From assembly GCA_029953675.1 (NCBI GenBank), contig JAMWBK010000001.1, positions 186,001 through 250,000 on the forward strand: a DNA stretch of 64,000 nucleotides. The letters run 5' to 3'. Source of the DNA: Rhodosorus marinus CCMP1338 (taxonomy: Eukaryota; Plantae; Rhodophyta). Of the stretch, positions 60,312 to 64,000 are shown piece by piece. The position numbers were made by a program, and so were the translations under genes. Numbering within the stretch: the first letter of the stretch is position 1; the number at the start of each line of letters is the position of its first letter. The notes below the pieces were generated by a model. That model searched no databases. It saw only the letters and a list, made by a program, of their open reading frames with translations, and was not told the DNA's origin.

Positions 60312-62574
60312 ATGTCGCAGTTTTTGGTGAGCCTGCACTTCTGCTGATGAATATGGTGATCCTCTTTTATGTTGTTCTAGGCTTTGTACCTTGTTTCCTC
60401 TTAAAGAATCGTTTTAATTCTATGCATTGTGAACTGACTGTGTTGTCTCCTCACACTCTCGATCGATCCAGGCACCGAAGATCGTGTTCCTTAAACAAGG
60501 AACGGATACTTCGCAAGGAAAAGGACAGCTAATCTCAAACATGAACGCATGTATGGCAGTCGTAGATATCGTTCGAACGACTCTTGGACCGCTGGGGATG
60601 GACAAGCTCATCTATAGCGATAAGGGTAGTAGTCACAGTGCTGAGGTATATGATTTAGCAATCTCAATGGTCATCGACTGATCCCTGGGTTGTTCAGTTG
60701 ATCGGAAGCTCAACGAACTGCTGTGGACGTGTTGTGTGTTTTTTTTGATTTAGGTGACAATCTCCAACGATGGTGCTACAATAGTAAAGCTCCTGGATAT
60801 CGTACATCCAGCGGCAAAGACACTTGCCGATATTTCATTGAGCCAGGATGCAGAAGTAGGCGACGGAACCACCTCCGTTATGGTGCTGGCAGGGGAATTC
60901 ATGAAGAACTGCAAGGAGGTAAGCATCTTGCCCTCTTGCGTGGACTTGGAAGAAGAGAGAGGGTCAAGCCTGTAGACGACCTGACCTCCTATTGGGCTGG
61001 CCTCTGTGATGATCTTTTTGCAACTCAGTTTGTTGAGGATGGAATGCACCCGCGGGTGATCATCAAAGGTTTCAGAGCGGCTCAGAAATATGCCATAGAC
61101 AAGTTGAACGAGCTTGCTGTAGATATTCACGGCAAGGATGAAGCGGAGAGAAAGGAGCTTCTGGTCAGATGTGCTGGGACGGCGCTGAACTCTAAGCTCG
61201 TTTCACACTATAAGGACTTCTTTGCCCCCATGGTGACCGATGCAGTTCTCTCTCTCGATGACGACCTTGACCTCTCGATGATTGGAATCAAAAAGGTGCA
61301 AGGCGGCTCGATTCTTGATTCCTTGCTTGTGAAAGGCGTCGCCTTCAAGAAGACTTTTGCGTACGCTGGTTTCGAGCAACAGCCGAAGAAATTTGAAAAC
61401 GCCAAGATTATACTCTTGAACATTGAACTTGAGCTTAAATCCGAGAAGGAGAATGCAGAAGTCAGAGTTACAAACACTCAGGACTATCAGGCTATAATCG
61501 ATGCGGAGTGGAACATTATCTACGAGAAGCTTGAAAAAATTTACGCCACGGGCGCCAAGGTGAGATACTCGAGCACGCGAAGGGTTCAAAAAGAAGGAGG
61601 TCTCCTGATCATCGTTCTTGAATTCGCTCCGTCGATTACAGGTGGTTTTGAGCAGGCTCGCCATTGGCGATCTCGCGACCCAGTTCTTTGCTGACCGAGA
61701 CGTATTTTGCGCCGGACGAGTGCCGGAGGAAGATCTTGAGCGTGTGCAAAGGGCTGTAGGTGGGCGTGTGCAGACGACGGTAAACGGAGTTACCGCAGAT
61801 GTTCTCGGTACTTGTGAGCTGTTTGAGGAGAAGGCAATCGGGGGCGAGCGATACAATGTCTTCACGGGCTGCCTGCAGTCCTCGACAGCGACAATCATAG
61901 TTCGAGGCGGATCCGAGCAGTTCATGGCTGAAACGGAGCGCTCTCTACATGACGCGATCATGATTGTGCGACGGGCCATCAAGCACTCCGAGGCCGTCGG
62001 TGGAGCTGGGTCTATCGAGATGGAACTTTCAAAGCATCTTCGAGACCACGCGGTGAGCATTCAAGGACGAGAACAGACTATTCTGCTCGCGTATGCGAAA
62101 GCTCTCGAGGTCATACCGAGAACACTTTGCGACAACGCTGGGTTTGACTCAATTGACGTCATGAACAAGCTTAGAGCGAAGCACGCTCAAGGTGGAACGT
62201 GGTAAGGCCTTGCTCAAGTACACTGCTTCGAGGCCGCAAATGCAGGACACACAAGTTTTCAGGATACGTATTGTCAACAAAACCATTCAACCGCGCCCTC
62301 TTTTTCCCCTTGTCTGGTGAATAGGTATGGCGTTGACATCAAAACTGGCGGAATCTGCGACGCTTGGGAGGAGTTCATCTGGGAACCTTCCCTTGTCAAG
62401 ACAAACGCCATTGTAGCAGCCACTGAAGCGGCGTGTCTAGTTCTGAGCATCGATGAAACCGTGAAGAACCCGGCGTCCGAGCAAGATCAAATGGACCAAG
62501 CCGGAATGTTACCGGGCGGGCGAGGTGCAGGTATGCCGCCAATGGGCCGCGGCCGAGGGATGAGACGTCGCTAG
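60312..62574 (+). CDS. CCT7: T-complex protein 1 subunit eta (CCT7)
   Basis: Motifs [80 protein letters not shown] and a Gly/Met-rich tail GRGRGMRRR. The first micro-exon (MSQFL, 60312) is inferred. Confidence 0.97.
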
Positions 62575-62673
62575 GCGCGCGGCTGGAGAAAGCCAAAAAA
62601 AAGAACAAAAAGTTAAAACGAAGGAAAGCAAAACTGCAGATATTCTCTCTACAAAAGACTGGCTCTTTATTCT

Positions 62674-63978
62674 TCATCCACACAGTGCCCGTCGAAAAAC
62701 CCCAGAGGATCTCGTTGGTAGCACCACCTCGTCGATGTAGTCCTCATAACGATTTGCTATTAACGATGGATTGTCCAGCACCTCCTGCGGCGGGGTCTGA
62801 ATGACAACAAGCAGCCTTTGACTCTGAATCTGCACAATGCGATTGTTAGGATGCTTCGTCTCTATTATAGAAGTTATGATGTTCTCGACATCAGCCTCAA
62901 GAACGCGCTCCAGCATTTCTCGGCAATAGCAGAGGTTTAGCAAGAGCGCAAAACCGTTCTCGCATATATCAGGGTTCTCCACGTGACCGACGAGATCCAT
63001 CGTGCATAAGCTCAAGACCTCCTCACCTGCTGCGATTCTCGCATTGAACTCATTGTCGTCCGTGAGACATCGCAAAGTGCGAAGACCAGCTACCTGTATT
63101 TGAACGTGATCTCGATGCCGAAACAAGAGTTCCACCATCTGCGAGAGCGCACCAGTCTTCCCAGCCATAAACTTGTTCTCTTGGTGGTTGAAGCAGGCGT
63201 TGCCAAGCGCGAGTATCACGTTTATGTGAAACTCGTCGTCGCCAGATTTCACACTTTTGGCATAGGCCAGAGCTCTGCTGATTGAGTGTATCCCTCTAGC
63301 TTGGCAAATCCTCATTCGGTTAGCAGCGATGAAAGCAGCATACCGCAAGGCTTGAGCCCCGCGAAACTGCACCTCGTACGACTGATCATGGTTTTGCATG
63401 GCGCTAGCGACGGACTCCATGGCCGCCTCAGTTCTGAACAGAATCTCTGCTACATCTGAATCTCCTACAACAGCATTGCGAATCAGCGCAAGAGCGTCGG
63501 CGCATATGTATTCCTCCATTGCCCACTCTTGAAGTATCCTCACTAGGACTCTCAGCGATGATTCCTGTTGTACTAGAGTGCGACAGGCTGCTCGCTGGCT
63601 GGTTATGTTCCGCAACGCAACGCAGCTTTGGTAGACAATCGCACGCTCATGAAGGAAAAACTGTAGCACGCGAAAAAGGACGGATGCACTTTCTTCCGCC
63701 TCCTCATCACTAATCTCTTGATTGTCAATCGTAACTATGGAGAGGAGCAGCGTCGCACTATCAGTGAGCAGCCTATCTGTTCTATACAAATCGAGTTGTT
63801 TGAGAATCGCTTCGAGTCCTCCAATCTTCAGTAGACTACGCCCTAGATCACTCGTCTCCTTGCACATCTGCCAAAGGATAAGCAGTGCCCTCCTCACGCC
63901 ATGCGCCGATATTGTCGTGCTAGAGATCAGGAGTTCTGTGACAGTCCCCAAAACGTCCTCTTCCTGCATAACCTTCAA
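62674..63978 (-). CDS. Armadillo-repeat protein
   Basis: Single 434-aa ORF with recurrent ARM-like helices (CVALRNIT, ALALIRNA, QFRGAQALRYAA, ILALGNAC, AGLRTLRCLT, ALLLNLC). Confidence 0.85.
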   Translation of the reverse strand: MKVMQEEDVLGTVTELLISSTTISAHGVRRALLILWQMCKETSDLGRSLLKIGGLEAILKQLDLYRTDRLLTDSATLLLSIVTIDNQEISDEEAEESASVLFRVLQFFLHERAIVYQSCVALRNITSQRAACRTLVQQESSLRVLVRILQEWAMEEYICADALALIRNAVVGDSDVAEILFRTEAAMESVASAMQNHDQSYEVQFRGAQALRYAAFIAANRMRICQARGIHSISRALAYAKSVKSGDDEFHINVILALGNACFNHQENKFMAGKTGALSQMVELLFRHRDHVQIQVAGLRTLRCLTDDNEFNARIAAGEEVLSLCTMDLVGHVENPDICENGFALLLNLCYCREMLERVLEADVENIITSIIETKHPNNRIVQIQSQRLLVVIQTPPQEVLDNPSLIANRYEDYIDEVVLPTRSSGVFRRALCG

Positions 63979-64000
63979 TGCTTGATGCGATGGGACACAC

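Overview
Gene-dense eukaryotic nuclear DNA with short GT-AG introns (mostly ~60-120 nt) and AT-rich intergenic cores. An MAFV-type plastid transit peptide, secreted Hog/Hint proteins and the compact introns suggest a unicellular red alga; this is inference only. Well-supported genes, assembled by hand from exons: plastid 6-phosphogluconate dehydrogenase (runs off the left edge), adrenodoxin reductase, NDUFA8, plastid pyruvate kinase, a TPM-TM-RING-H2 protein, a conserved uncharacterised protein, an RRM/tandem-R3H protein, a kinesin-14, NAC-beta/BTF3, a multi-domain kinase, a cupin, two secreted Hint paralogues, frataxin, a PRUNE/PPX1 exopolyphosphatase, BRWD/PHIP, COG3, CCT7 and an ARM-repeat protein. 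The most striking observation is a kinesin-14 fused in frame, across canonical introns, to N-terminal PLAT and CBM20 starch-binding domains, which makes it a candidate motor for cytosolic starch granules. Next are a single gene joining a pseudokinase, an ANTH-like domain and an intact TKL kinase, and two Hedgehog-like secreted precursors carrying a divergent 8-Cys N-terminal module. No CRISPR arrays, rRNA or convincing tRNA genes were seen. No database searches were run; all family calls come from motif recognition.
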